The notes under the pieces: generated by a model
What the model saw: only the letters and a program-made list of their open reading frames with translations
Told to the model about the DNA's origin: nothing
Databases searched by the model: none
Translations under genes and position numbers: made by a program
In this document: positions 28,519 to 37,576 of the stretch, piece after piece
Position numbering within the stretch: position 1 is the first letter of the stretch
Layout: every line of letters begins with the position of its first letter
Origin: Candidatus Altiarchaeota archaeon
GTDB lineage: Archaea > Altiarchaeota > Altiarchaeia > IMC4 > SCGC-AAA252-I15
Reading direction: 5' to 3'
NCBI GenBank assembly: GCA_043804895.1
Contig: JAZDIN010000020.1
Coordinates: 1-55,841, forward strand
Length of the DNA: 55,841 bases

Positions 28519-29532
28519 ATGAAAGCCATAGTCGTCGGGGGGTCTGGTTACAGTGGAGGGGAACTCCTGAGGATACTTGTCGCGCACCCGAAGGTTGAGA
28601 AGGTGGAGACCACGTCTAGGACATACGCAGGCAAAGAAGTCTCGGACCTGCACACCAACCTCCGCGGACTGTATAATGGAAAGTTCAACGAATACGACGC
28701 CGGCAAGGTAGACGCAGACGTCGCCTTCCTAGCGGTCCCCCATGGTGAGGGGATGGAGCACGCGCCGAAACTCCTTGAGAGGGGGATTAAAGTAGTAGAC
28801 CTAAGCGCAGACTACAGGATATCAGACGTCAAAGTGTATGAGAGGTATTACCAAAAGCACAAGAACCCTGAACTCCTTAAGAAGGCAGCATACGGCCTGC
28901 CTGAACTGTTCCGCAACGAGATTAAAGGAGCCAGCCTAGTAGCCAACCCCGGATGTTACACAACGGCGGCCATACTCTCACTCGCGCCGCTTAAGAAGTT
29001 CAAGGAAAAGGTTGATTTGAAGAAAGTCGTGGTTGATGCCAAGAGCGGTACATCGGGGGCGGGAGCGAAGCCGACGGAGTTCATACACCACAGTGAAGTA
29101 TTCGACAACGTCAAAGCTTACAAGGTGACAGGCCACCGCCACCAGCCGGAGATTGAACACATACTCGACAGGCTGATGCCTGGCATTAGCGTGTCGTTCA
29201 CCCCAACCCTTGTGCCGGTGGTGAGGGGGATACTCTCCAACGCCCACGTCTTCGGGGAGTTGGATGGTGATGAGCTTAAGAAGCAATACGCCGACTTCTA
29301 CGCGAAGGAGAAGTTCGTGAGGATTGTCGAGAACGCGCACATGAAGAACGTGGCATACTCCAACTACTGCGACATAGCAGTCCACTACGACAGCGAGAAG
29401 AGGAGGGCAGTGCTGATTTCGGCGATAGATAATCTTGTGAAAGGAGCAGCAGGTCAGGCAGTGCAGAACATGAACATCATCATGGGCTACAAAGAATCAG
29501 AGGGGTTGGAGACTGTGCCGTACCATCCATGA
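28519..29532 (+). CDS. argC: N-acetyl-gamma-glutamyl-phosphate reductase
   Basis: Motifs GGSGYSGGEL, DLSADYR, ANPGCYTT, SGTSGAG and DNLVKGAAGQAVQNMN. Confidence 0.95.
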   Translation: MKAIVVGGSGYSGGELLRILVAHPKVEKVETTSRTYAGKEVSDLHTNLRGLYNGKFNEYDAGKVDADVAFLAVPHGEGMEHAPKLLERGIKVVDLSADYRISDVKVYERYYQKHKNPELLKKAAYGLPELFRNEIKGASLVANPGCYTTAAILSLAPLKKFKEKVDLKKVVVDAKSGTSGAGAKPTEFIHHSEVFDNVKAYKVTGHRHQPEIEHILDRLMPGISVSFTPTLVPVVRGILSNAHVFGELDGDELKKQYADFYAKEKFVRIVENAHMKNVAYSNYCDIAVHYDSEKRRAVLISAIDNLVKGAAGQAVQNMNIIMGYKESEGLETVPYHP

Positions 29533-29541
29533 GGCTGAAGT

Positions 29542-29862
29542 TCAAGCGTATTTTTCCTCGCCACTGTCCTCGTAGAAGTACTGGTCGCTGTCGTATGAAC
29601 GCGGATCCTCCCAGACTTCCTCGTCCTCTGAGGCGCCGGCCTTCTTGCGGGCTTTGCCCTTGGACTTGTCTTCAACTTCAAGTTCGTCTTCGAAGTCAAC
29701 CTTCCTCTTCCTTCGGAGTATCTCCTCCTCCTCTCGGGAGTATACCTTCTTCTCCGTCGTCTCTGGTTTCTCGCTCGGACGCTCAACAGCGTCAGCCTTC
29801 TTCTGGACCTTCTGCGAGGACTTCTTTAGTGAACTTTTGGCTTTTTTCTTCTTTGAGGCCAT
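29542..29862 (-). CDS. Small low-complexity charged protein (basic N-terminus, acidic C-terminus)
   Basis: 106-aa K/E-rich ORF; TTTTTATAT box upstream at about 29901-29909. Confidence 0.65.
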   Translation of the reverse strand: MASKKKKAKSSLKKSSQKVQKKADAVERPSEKPETTEKKVYSREEEEILRRKRKVDFEDELEVEDKSKGKARKKAGASEDEEVWEDPRSYDSDQYFYEDSGEEKYA

Positions 29863-29945
29863 CTGTGAACCTGGAATTTATAACTTATGACGGCAATCGC
29901 ATATAAAAATCTTTGGTTCTGGCTTTGGAGGCTCTTCGGCAGGCA

Positions 29946-30076
29946 AGTTATAGTCGATAGCAAATGTTTTGACGTTTATTGGATTAGCATTTGCTATCGA
30001 ATATGACGCAAATGACCATAAATACGGGATTTAGGAGTAGACGCATGTTCAATAACTTTTATCATTTGCTATAGCT
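29946..30076. repeat. Structured ~130-nt intergenic element, copy B
   Basis: Stems 29954-66/29988-30000 (13/13) and GCAAATGA/TCATTTGC; same AGTTATAG start, GCTATA end and 21-nt first loop as copy A. Confidence 0.72.
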
Positions 30077-30116
30077 GAGAAGAGAGGGGGGTTATAGGGG
30101 AAAACTGAGGCTTCGG

Positions 30117-30150
30117 GGGGGCTGGCGGAGTTTTTCGTCCGCCAGCTCCC
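30117..30150. other. GC-rich hairpin in the divergent intergenic region
   Basis: GGGGGCTGGCGGA-N8-TCCGCCAGCTCCC. Confidence 0.55.
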
Positions 30151-30277
30151 AATAGGGTTGGTTAAGAACCTAATTTCTTGTATGATAACAATAGGTAATG
30201 TGTTTTCAGGTATAAAACGCTGTCGTAGTGCCTAAGTCCGAGTGACTTTTCTTTTATTCTGACTCAGGTAAGTCTCT

Positions 30278-31048
30278 ATGATGAGGGTTTCGTTCGACTT
30301 GCGCCGGAGCGTGCCAGAGAATGCGAAGGTGTACTACGAGAAGTCAAAGAAATTGAAGGGTAAGATACCTGGGCTTGAGATTGCTATTGCCGATATGAGG
30401 AGAAAGTTGGAGTCTGTGAGTGTAATTGATGAGGAGAAGCCGCAGATGGTCAGGAAGGTTGAGCGGAAGTGGTTTGAGAAGTTCAGGTGGTTCGTAAGCA
30501 GCCAAAGCTACCTCGTCATCGGTGGCAGGGATGCATCTACTAATGACATCCTAGTGAAGAAGCATATGGAGGGAAGCGACATAGTGTTCCACGCTGACGT
30601 GAGCGGGGCCCCTTTTTTCATAGTAAAGAATCCAGAGAAGGGGACTGTGCCGGATGAGACGAGATCTGAGGCTGCGACTGCGGCCGCCTCATATAGTAAG
30701 GCGTGGAGTAGGGGCGCAGGTTCAGTTGACGTCTATGAGGTTGATCCTGAGCAGGTGAGCAAGACTCCGCCTGCAGGCGAGTACCTGACGAAGGGTGCGT
30801 TCATGGTGTATGGTCAGAAGAGGTGGCACAGGAACGTAGAGCTGAAGGTTGCGGTCGGAGTCTTGGAGGGGAAGATTATTGGGGGGCCGGTGGATTCGAT
30901 AAAGGCGCAGACCAGAAGATACGTTATTGTCGGTTTAGGTGATACCCCACAAGGCGCACTTGCCAGACAGGTTAAGGCCAAATTGGGGGATGTTGAATTG
31001 GATGATGTGCAACGTTTCCTCCCCGCTGGAGGAGGCAGGCTACTCTAG
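30278..31048 (+). CDS. Stand-alone NFACT-R/C domain protein (C-terminal half of Rqc2/NEMF)
   Basis: Motifs ENAKVYYEKSKK, WFEKFRWF, GGRDASTND, FHADVSGAP and QVSKTPPAGEYLTKGAFMVYG. Confidence 0.88.
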   Translation: MMRVSFDLRRSVPENAKVYYEKSKKLKGKIPGLEIAIADMRRKLESVSVIDEEKPQMVRKVERKWFEKFRWFVSSQSYLVIGGRDASTNDILVKKHMEGSDIVFHADVSGAPFFIVKNPEKGTVPDETRSEAATAAASYSKAWSRGAGSVDVYEVDPEQVSKTPPAGEYLTKGAFMVYGQKRWHRNVELKVAVGVLEGKIIGGPVDSIKAQTRRYVIVGLGDTPQGALARQVKAKLGDVELDDVQRFLPAGGGRLL

Positions 31049-32089
31049 CTTCGCCTTCTTTTCCTGAGACTTAGGTTTGGCGAAGAAGAGTAGTATTATG
31101 AGTGTTAGGAGAAACAGTGCAGCTACCGAAGGCAGGAGATATTCCACGCCATAATCCTCCTTCAGAAAGTAGAATGCTAGAAACGCTGAGGTGAAGGGTA
31201 TCGTCTTGGCTATGCCGTCTATGTCAAGGGCCTTGAAGGTGAAGTAGGTTGTTGGTAGCATGAACGCCAGCAGGGTTATGGATAAGAGGAGTATCATGGT
31301 TGTGAACTTCAATGCTGAGCCTATGGCCGACGCAACTCCCCCCTCGTATCCCCACATGTCCAATTGCTTCTGAGACATGAGCACCAAGGCTGTGACGAAT
31401 GCTATGAAGAATATTGAGCTGAATAAATGCTTCCAGAGAGAGGAGATCGCTCCCTTGATGTCGACGCTGCTTGGGACTGCGCCGACAGTGAAGCACAACT
31501 GCAGGTACACTAGGATTATTATCCCGGGCTTGGAGTAGTTCAGGTTAGTGAAGAAGCTTATCATTGCCGACGCCACGGATGATGTGAAGTCTGAGGCGCT
31601 GCTTAAGTCCGATATTGGAGCATCGCTAACGAGAGATAGGAGGCTACCCCCGTATAAAATGTTCAACGGGAGAAGCAGTAGGCCGCAGCCGAAGAAGGGA
31701 GCTAATCCTACGATGAACTCCCTGAACACGACCCATTTGTCATCTGGTTGGGTGTAGCTTACGAATCCGAGTACTCCGGTTGCGGGGTTGGGTTTGAATA
31801 GGGCGGCCTTGGTTATCGTGCACCCGGTTGCGAGGGCCGCCACCAGGTGGCACATTTCATGGAGGATGGTCCCGGGGGCGATGAGTAGTGTGAACCATCT
31901 TGTCCTGTATCCTGTGCGGGATGTGAGCATGTCCTCCATCGCGTCGCTCAGTGTTATCTGCAGTGCGAAGAGGAATGGGAGGGCAGCGAACATCATCCGA
32001 TATTTGAAGCCGTCAAGGATGTACCATAATCCTGCGGCAGCTAACAGGAACCCCACTACAATGAGTAGTCTGGACTTTGCCAAAGCCAT
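31040..32089 (-). CDS. M50B-like membrane metallopeptidase
   Basis: PGTILHEMCH (HExxH), LGFVSY, APFFG and PSSVD within a TM-rich protein. Confidence 0.75.
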   Translation of the reverse strand: MALAKSRLLIVVGFLLAAAGLWYILDGFKYRMMFAALPFLFALQITLSDAMEDMLTSRTGYRTRWFTLLIAPGTILHEMCHLVAALATGCTITKAALFKPNPATGVLGFVSYTQPDDKWVVFREFIVGLAPFFGCGLLLLPLNILYGGSLLSLVSDAPISDLSSASDFTSSVASAMISFFTNLNYSKPGIIILVYLQLCFTVGAVPSSVDIKGAISSLWKHLFSSIFFIAFVTALVLMSQKQLDMWGYEGGVASAIGSALKFTTMILLLSITLLAFMLPTTYFTFKALDIDGIAKTIPFTSAFLAFYFLKEDYGVEYLLPSVAALFLLTLIILLFFAKPKSQEKKAKLE

Positions 32090-32142
32090 AGTTTATTATT
32101 GTTAGCCCCCTTTTAAGGGACGCTATTTTATATTAGATTCGG

Positions 32143-33219
32143 ATGACGAACGAGGAGAGGATTAAGGCTCTTGAGGAGGAGATAGGGACCACAAAGTACA
32201 ACAAGGCCACTCAACTGCATATTGGGAAGCTGAAGGCGAAGATAGCAGCCCTAAAGGAGGAGGTTGAAGTAAGAAGGAGAAGCAAGGGGAAGGGTCTCGG
32301 CTTCGGGGTGAAGAAGACAGGCCATGCCACGGTCGTTCTGGTCGGCCTACCCTCGGTCGGCAAGTCCACCTTAATCAACCGGCTAACCAATGCTGCGAGC
32401 AAGGTCGGCGCATACGATTTCACAACACTTGACGTGATACCCGGGATGATGTCCTACGGAGGGGTTAACGTGCAGCTTCTCGACCTGCCTGGACTGATAA
32501 CGGGGGCCGCAGGAGGGAAAGGTCGAGGCCGCGAGGTGCTGTCGATGGTGCGCAACGCCGACATGGTGTTGATTGTCCTGGATATTAGGAGGATTAGGGC
32601 TGGGGAGGAGATCAAGGACGAGTTGGAGGGTGTTGGCGTAAGGTTGGATAAGACGCCGCCTGACGTCGTCATCAAAAGGAGGGATAAGGGGGGTATAAAG
32701 CTCGGGAAGGCTGTCAAGATGACCAAATTGGACGATGACACCGCCAAAGCGATTCTGATGGCTCAAGGCATACTCAGCGCAGACGTCATAATAAGGCAGG
32801 ATGTGAAGGCAGAGGAGCTGTTGGATGCAGCCGTCGGCAACAGGGTCTACATACCGTCCCTGGTTGTTGTGAACAAAATCGACCTAGACCAGGAGGTGAA
32901 ACTGCCGAAGGACTACCTGCCGATTTCAGCGACTAACCTAACGAACATAGACCGCCTGAGGGAGGCCATATTCCGCAAACTGAGCTTCATCAGGGTGTAC
33001 CTTAAGCCGCAGGGAGGTAAGGCAGACTACAACGACCCTATGATACTCAAAAAGGACTCGACCATTGAGGGGATGTGCCTGAGACTCCACAAGGAGTTCA
33101 TACAGAAGTTCAGGTACGCCATGGTATGGGGTTCAAGCGTGAAACACGAAGGACAACGCTGCGGCTTAACGCACGTACTTAAAGACAAAGATGTAGTAAC
33201 TATCGTGAGGGAGTTATGA
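32143..33219 (+). CDS. drg: DRG-family OBG GTPase with TGS domain
   Basis: Motifs YNKATQLHIGKLKAK, GLPSVGKS, YDFTT, DLPG and NKID; C-terminal TGS domain. Confidence 0.93.
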   Translation: MTNEERIKALEEEIGTTKYNKATQLHIGKLKAKIAALKEEVEVRRRSKGKGLGFGVKKTGHATVVLVGLPSVGKSTLINRLTNAASKVGAYDFTTLDVIPGMMSYGGVNVQLLDLPGLITGAAGGKGRGREVLSMVRNADMVLIVLDIRRIRAGEEIKDELEGVGVRLDKTPPDVVIKRRDKGGIKLGKAVKMTKLDDDTAKAILMAQGILSADVIIRQDVKAEELLDAAVGNRVYIPSLVVVNKIDLDQEVKLPKDYLPISATNLTNIDRLREAIFRKLSFIRVYLKPQGGKADYNDPMILKKDSTIEGMCLRLHKEFIQKFRYAMVWGSSVKHEGQRCGLTHVLKDKDVVTIVREL

Positions 33220-33893
33220 GAAGGCTCGTACTTGTTTTGGCTACGGTTCTTGTCATGAGCGGGTGCATATGCTGCGGTGGCGCTGACCCATCTAGCTTCC
33301 TTAGCGGCTTAGGCAGCGAGGAGAGTGAAGAGGAAGTCGCGTGCGATACCCCCTACATCCAAAACGGGCAAGACTGCTGCCTCGACCAAGACGAGAGCGG
33401 AATCTGCGACAGCGACGAAGGCGAAGAGACACCGGAGACCACTGAACCTGAAAGCGAGGAGGAAGTGACTGAGACGACTGAAACAACAGAGACGACGATT
33501 GTGTCGACCACACTTTCATCTCCGACAACAACAGTGGCTGCATCAACAAGCCCCACCTACGAGTGCGTGAGGAACGCTGGATACAATCCGGACACGTGGT
33601 TCTACCTTTACAGCAAGAGCGGCAGAGGCTGCGGCGACAATTTCGTGAGCACTGCAAGGACGGCGGCAAGCAGAAAGGGGGTTGACGTGACATTCGTGGA
33701 CATCACAATATTGGAGGACAACGAGATTAGAATGCTTGAATGCTTTTATGGAACATATTCCCAAAGCAACACCAAATTTCAAGACTGCCCAATGATGCTC
33801 TGCCCGAAGACTAATTCGCAGGAGAGTTTATCTGGTATAAGTTCTATGTCGGTCCTGTCGCAGATGACTGGCTTCACCAGCAGTTGCAGATAG
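33216..33893 (+). CDS. Cys-rich putative lipoprotein with E/T-rich linker
   Basis: Signal peptide ending SGCICCG, followed by CDTPYI..G..CCLD....ICD and a T/E-rich stalk. Confidence 0.7.
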   Translation: MRRLVLVLATVLVMSGCICCGGADPSSFLSGLGSEESEEEVACDTPYIQNGQDCCLDQDESGICDSDEGEETPETTEPESEEEVTETTETTETTIVSTTLSSPTTTVAASTSPTYECVRNAGYNPDTWFYLYSKSGRGCGDNFVSTARTAASRKGVDVTFVDITILEDNEIRMLECFYGTYSQSNTKFQDCPMMLCPKTNSQESLSGISSMSVLSQMTGFTSSCR

Positions 33894-33894
33894 A

Positions 33895-35073
33895 ATGCCG
33901 ACCGAAGAGCTGACTTTAGGGGACAAGAAAGTTATTCTAGTAGGCACCGCCCACGTCAGCGACGAGAGCGTTAAGGCGGTTGAGGAGGCCATTGAAACCT
34001 ACAAGCCCGACGCCGTCGCGGTCGAGCTTTGCGAGCAGAGGTGGGACGCCCTCAGGCAGGAGAAAGAGTGGGAGGAGACAGATATAATGCAGGTCATCTC
34101 GTCAGACAGGATGTACCTTTTCTTGCTTCAGATACTCCTCACCAACTTCCAGCGGAAGATAGGCGACGAAGTAGGCGTCAAACCAGGCTCTGAGATGATA
34201 AAGGCCATGGAAATCTCGCAATCCAAAGGCATAAAAGTCGTCCTCGCCGACAGGGACATCAAAGTGACCCTCAGGAGGGCCATGGACTTGATGACCCTAA
34301 AAGAGAAGGTGAAGCTACTCTACAGTTTCATTACTGGAATTATTGAAGGGGAGGAGATAGACAAAGAGTTGGTGGAGAGGCTTAAGGAGAAGGACGTCCT
34401 CACCGAGCTCATGGAGGAGCTTGCGGTCGAAACCCCGTCGATAAAGAGGGTGCTGGTTGATGAAAGGGACCTGTACATAGCACACAGGATATACATGGCT
34501 GACGCCAAATGCATAGTCGCGGTCGTTGGGGCAGGACATATGGAGGGCATAAAGAAGAGCCTCAGCGAGCTGGACGGTGGAGTCGTAGTCACATACACTA
34601 ACCAGGTCGACGGCGTCGACATACGCAGGGCAAAGGTTAGTAAGATAAAACTTGTCACATGGGCGTTCCCGGCCCTTCTCCTCCTGCTATTCGCCTGGAT
34701 GTTCATACAGTACGGCGGCAGTGTGACCTTCAAGATGATTATCAAACTATTCCTTTTGCAGGGCACGTTCGCAGCCCTCGGGGTTGCGCTCGCCCTTGGG
34801 CATCCCCTGTCCATATTGGCTGCGTTCTTGACTGCTCCCTTCGCGGCCCTGAACCCTGCCATTGCAGTAGGGTGGATTGCAGGGTATGTGGAGCTGAAGC
34901 TGAGGAAGCCGAGGGTAGTGGACTTCAAGAACCTCATGAAACTGAAGGGTATGTCAGACTACCTTAGCAACCGGGTCGTGCGGGTTATACTGATAGTCAC
35001 GTTCGCTAACATCGGTAGCATGTTTGGCTCCTTTGTCGGGGTGTTCGTCATAGGGCTTTCGAACATGATCTGA
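33895..35073 (+). CDS. TraB/PrgY/GumN-family protein
   Basis: Motifs LVGTAHVS, AVELC, PGSEM, ADRDI, LVDERD and VVGAGH; C-terminal TM helices. Confidence 0.92.
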   Translation: MPTEELTLGDKKVILVGTAHVSDESVKAVEEAIETYKPDAVAVELCEQRWDALRQEKEWEETDIMQVISSDRMYLFLLQILLTNFQRKIGDEVGVKPGSEMIKAMEISQSKGIKVVLADRDIKVTLRRAMDLMTLKEKVKLLYSFITGIIEGEEIDKELVERLKEKDVLTELMEELAVETPSIKRVLVDERDLYIAHRIYMADAKCIVAVVGAGHMEGIKKSLSELDGGVVVTYTNQVDGVDIRRAKVSKIKLVTWAFPALLLLLFAWMFIQYGGSVTFKMIIKLFLLQGTFAALGVALALGHPLSILAAFLTAPFAALNPAIAVGWIAGYVELKLRKPRVVDFKNLMKLKGMSDYLSNRVVRVILIVTFANIGSMFGSFVGVFVIGLSNMI

Positions 35074-35074
35074 A

Positions 35075-35178
35075 TCAACGACCACAGCCTAAAGGCTGTA
35101 GTATGATCCTGATAGAGCAGGAGGATTCCACAGCATTCCTCCCCACCTTAAAAGGTGGGGTCTCCTGCTCTATCTTGG
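35075..35178. mobile_element. Miniature non-autonomous IS200/IS605-like element, copy B
   Basis: TCAACGACCACAGCCTAAAGGCTGT at one end and GCATTCCTCCCCACCTTAAAAGGTGGGGTCTCCTGC at the other, typical of IS200/IS605 end palindromes. Confidence 0.75.
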
Positions 35179-35213
35179 ATGATACTTAAGCCACCTTAGT
35201 GGAATTATATACG

Positions 35214-36035
35214 ATGACTGACTTCGGCCTAATCGGCCATCCGGTGAAGCACAGCATGAGCAAGGTCATGCACGAGGCAGCCTTCAAGGAGCTAGGCCTT
35301 GACTACACGTACGGCCTCTTTGACGTTAATGTCGGGGAGCTGAAGCTGTTCATGGACAATGCAGTCTTCAAGGGCTTGAACGTCACGGTGCCTCTAAAGG
35401 TGGAGGCTGCAAAGTACATGGACGAGCTGAGCGATGATGCGACTTTAGTCGGGGCTGTGAACACTGTGGAGTTTCGGAAGGGGCGGATAGGACACAACAC
35501 AGACGTGACGGGTTTCATGGAGTCGATGAGGGAGGCCTACATCGACGTGGATGAGGGAACATTCCTTGTCATTGGAAGCGGCGGCGCAGGTAGGAGCATC
35601 GTCTTCAGGCTTGCGAAGGAGAAGGCTAGAGTTTACATCTTTGACAAGGATTATGACAAGGCGAGTAAACTTGCACAGGACGTATTGCAGAAGACTGGTG
35701 TGATGGTGGAGCCGGTTTACGGCGTAGTAGATGCCATCAGGGACGTTGACGTGCTAGTGAACGCAACGCCGGTTGGCATGCACCCGAACGTTGATGAAAG
35801 CCCGATACAATCTAACCTGCTCAACCCCATGCTCACTGTCGTTGACATAGTCTACAATCCAGTGGAGACGAAACTTATCATGGAGGCGAAAAAGGCAGGT
35901 TGCAGGACTGTCGACGGCGTCGGCATGCTAGTGCACCAGGGCGCGCAGGCCTTGAGAATCTGGCTTGATGTTGAGCCTCCGATAGAAGTTATGAGGCAGG
36001 CCGTACTGGATGAACTAAATAAGGGCGGGAATTGA
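35214..36035 (+). CDS. aroE: Shikimate dehydrogenase
   Basis: Motifs GHPVKHSMS, NVTVPLK, GAVNT, NTD, GSGGAG, NATPVGM and DIVYNP. Confidence 0.95.
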   Translation: MTDFGLIGHPVKHSMSKVMHEAAFKELGLDYTYGLFDVNVGELKLFMDNAVFKGLNVTVPLKVEAAKYMDELSDDATLVGAVNTVEFRKGRIGHNTDVTGFMESMREAYIDVDEGTFLVIGSGGAGRSIVFRLAKEKARVYIFDKDYDKASKLAQDVLQKTGVMVEPVYGVVDAIRDVDVLVNATPVGMHPNVDESPIQSNLLNPMLTVVDIVYNPVETKLIMEAKKAGCRTVDGVGMLVHQGAQALRIWLDVEPPIEVMRQAVLDELNKGGN

Positions 36036-37103
36036 TGTTGCAGCTTTCACTGTCGAATCCGTCCTCTCCCTAGCCTCCCTGAACGTTAACCCGTTCTTCC
36101 TGGCCGCGCTGGCAAGGTCGTCGAACTCCGGCTTATAGCCGAGGGGAGTGTATTTCACGCGTATCTTAGATGAGCCATTAGGGAACTTCACGCGAACGTT
36201 CCTCATCTTGCGGGAAAGCTCGAACCTCGACGAGACGGGGACAACGCGCACGCCCAAGGAACCAGTCTCCTCCATGATTATCTCGGCATGTTCCTTCGGC
36301 CTTTCAGTCAGCACTCTAACGAGGAACCCTATGCGACCCTTTTTCATGACACACGGTAGGACGTGGACGTCAAGAGCCCCGGCCCCCATAAGGGATGACA
36401 TCATGTAGGATATGTGCTCCGGGGTGCAGTCGTCCACGTTAGATTCTAGCACAACCTTGGAGTGAATTCTCGCGACACGCAAGACGTTAGGCCATGGCAA
36501 ATCCATAGTTCCGGCTCCTGAGCCGCACTCAATGTATTCCGCACTCTTGTACTCTGACACTACTGCCGCGATTATCGCCGCACCTGTGGGGGTTAGAAGC
36601 TCACGGTCTGAGACGAACTTCACTGGGATGCCATATTCCCTGATAATCTGCTTAGTCGCCTCAGCAAGGAACCCGCAGGAGACAGTAGATGATACGAAAA
36701 CCTCATCAAGCAAGTTGAGCTCGTCAAGAGCCAGTCCCGAGGCAACGGCATCCACAACGCAGTCAGCAGCCTCATGCAAGTGAACCCTGCTTAACGTGAT
36801 ACCATGGGCCTTGGACTCGGCCTGAGCGAGTATCCCCAGGATGCGCAAAACCAGCGACTCCACTCCACTTTTCAGCTTCAACTTCTTAACTGACCTGACT
36901 AAATCGGCGTACGCCCTTGATTTCGGGTTGAATTTCACGTCAAATTTAACTGCAGCTGCGCCACGCTTCCGGACCTTCCTTGAACTTACCTCCGCTATCG
37001 GCTTAAGGGCCTTCCTTATCTTCCGTATGTCAGCCCCCATGCCAAGGAGTGCGCCTGCGAACATGTCGCCGCTCACACCGGAAGAGCAGTCGAGATAGAT
37101 CAT
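36015..37103 (-). CDS. larC: Nickel insertion protein LarC
   Basis: Motifs YLDCSSGVSGDM, AESKAHG, VHLHE, ELLTPTGAA, ESNVDD, MKKGR, ETGSLGVR and KPEFDD. Confidence 0.92.
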   Translation of the reverse strand: MIYLDCSSGVSGDMFAGALLGMGADIRKIRKALKPIAEVSSRKVRKRGAAAVKFDVKFNPKSRAYADLVRSVKKLKLKSGVESLVLRILGILAQAESKAHGITLSRVHLHEAADCVVDAVASGLALDELNLLDEVFVSSTVSCGFLAEATKQIIREYGIPVKFVSDRELLTPTGAAIIAAVVSEYKSAEYIECGSGAGTMDLPWPNVLRVARIHSKVVLESNVDDCTPEHISYMMSSLMGAGALDVHVLPCVMKKGRIGFLVRVLTERPKEHAEIIMEETGSLGVRVVPVSSRFELSRKMRNVRVKFPNGSSKIRVKYTPLGYKPEFDDLASAARKNGLTFREARERTDSTVKAATSIPALI

Positions 37104-37576
37104 TTGGTTTTTTTCAGTTGCATGAGGAGGACGCCAAGTTCACGGAAGCGTACGTCATCTCCGATGGATGCGGTTATCTCCCCGTATTCCTTCTCAGCCT
37201 CCTCCACCCTACCTGTGAAGTAGTAGATGAGCGCGAGGTTGTATCTGGCCTCGTAGTGTTTCGGGTCTAATTTGATTGCCATCTTGTACGCGCGCTCAGC
37301 CTTCTCGACGTTGGACTTGTTTTCCTCAACCATTGGCGGCGTCGTGTACAGGACGCCGAGGTTGTAGTGGGTGGGAGCGTGGTCGAAGTTGAGCAGAAGC
37401 GACTTTTTCAGAATGACCTCGGCTATTAGGGGGTGGTTCGTCAAGTAGGTGAGGGCACCCGCGAATTCAGTCAGCTTGATAGCTAACTCCTTCTTGTCCT
37501 CAACCTTGTCAGCAGCCTCCAGCGCCTCCTCAACCTTAACATCCTTCAAACGTTGCATCACGTCTTCGGTTTTCAT
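37100..37576 (-). CDS. TPR-repeat protein
   Basis: HYNLGVLY and AYKMAIKLDPKHYEARYNLALIY; ATGA overlap with larB. Confidence 0.85.
   Translation of the reverse strand: MKTEDVMQRLKDVKVEEALEAADKVEDKKELAIKLTEFAGALTYLTNHPLIAEVILKKSLLLNFDHAPTHYNLGVLYTTPPMVEENKSNVEKAERAYKMAIKLDPKHYEARYNLALIYYFTGRVEEAEKEYGEITASIGDDVRFRELGVLLMQLKKTK

Noticed and set aside
29487-29906. Alternative ORFs 29487..29786, 29529..29906 and 29645..29890
   Set aside because: They overlap the better-supported 29542..29862 ORF and have shadow-like composition.
33895-35073. TraB as evidence of a conjugative element
   Set aside because: It is the TraB/PrgY/GumN housekeeping family common in archaea, not a transfer gene.
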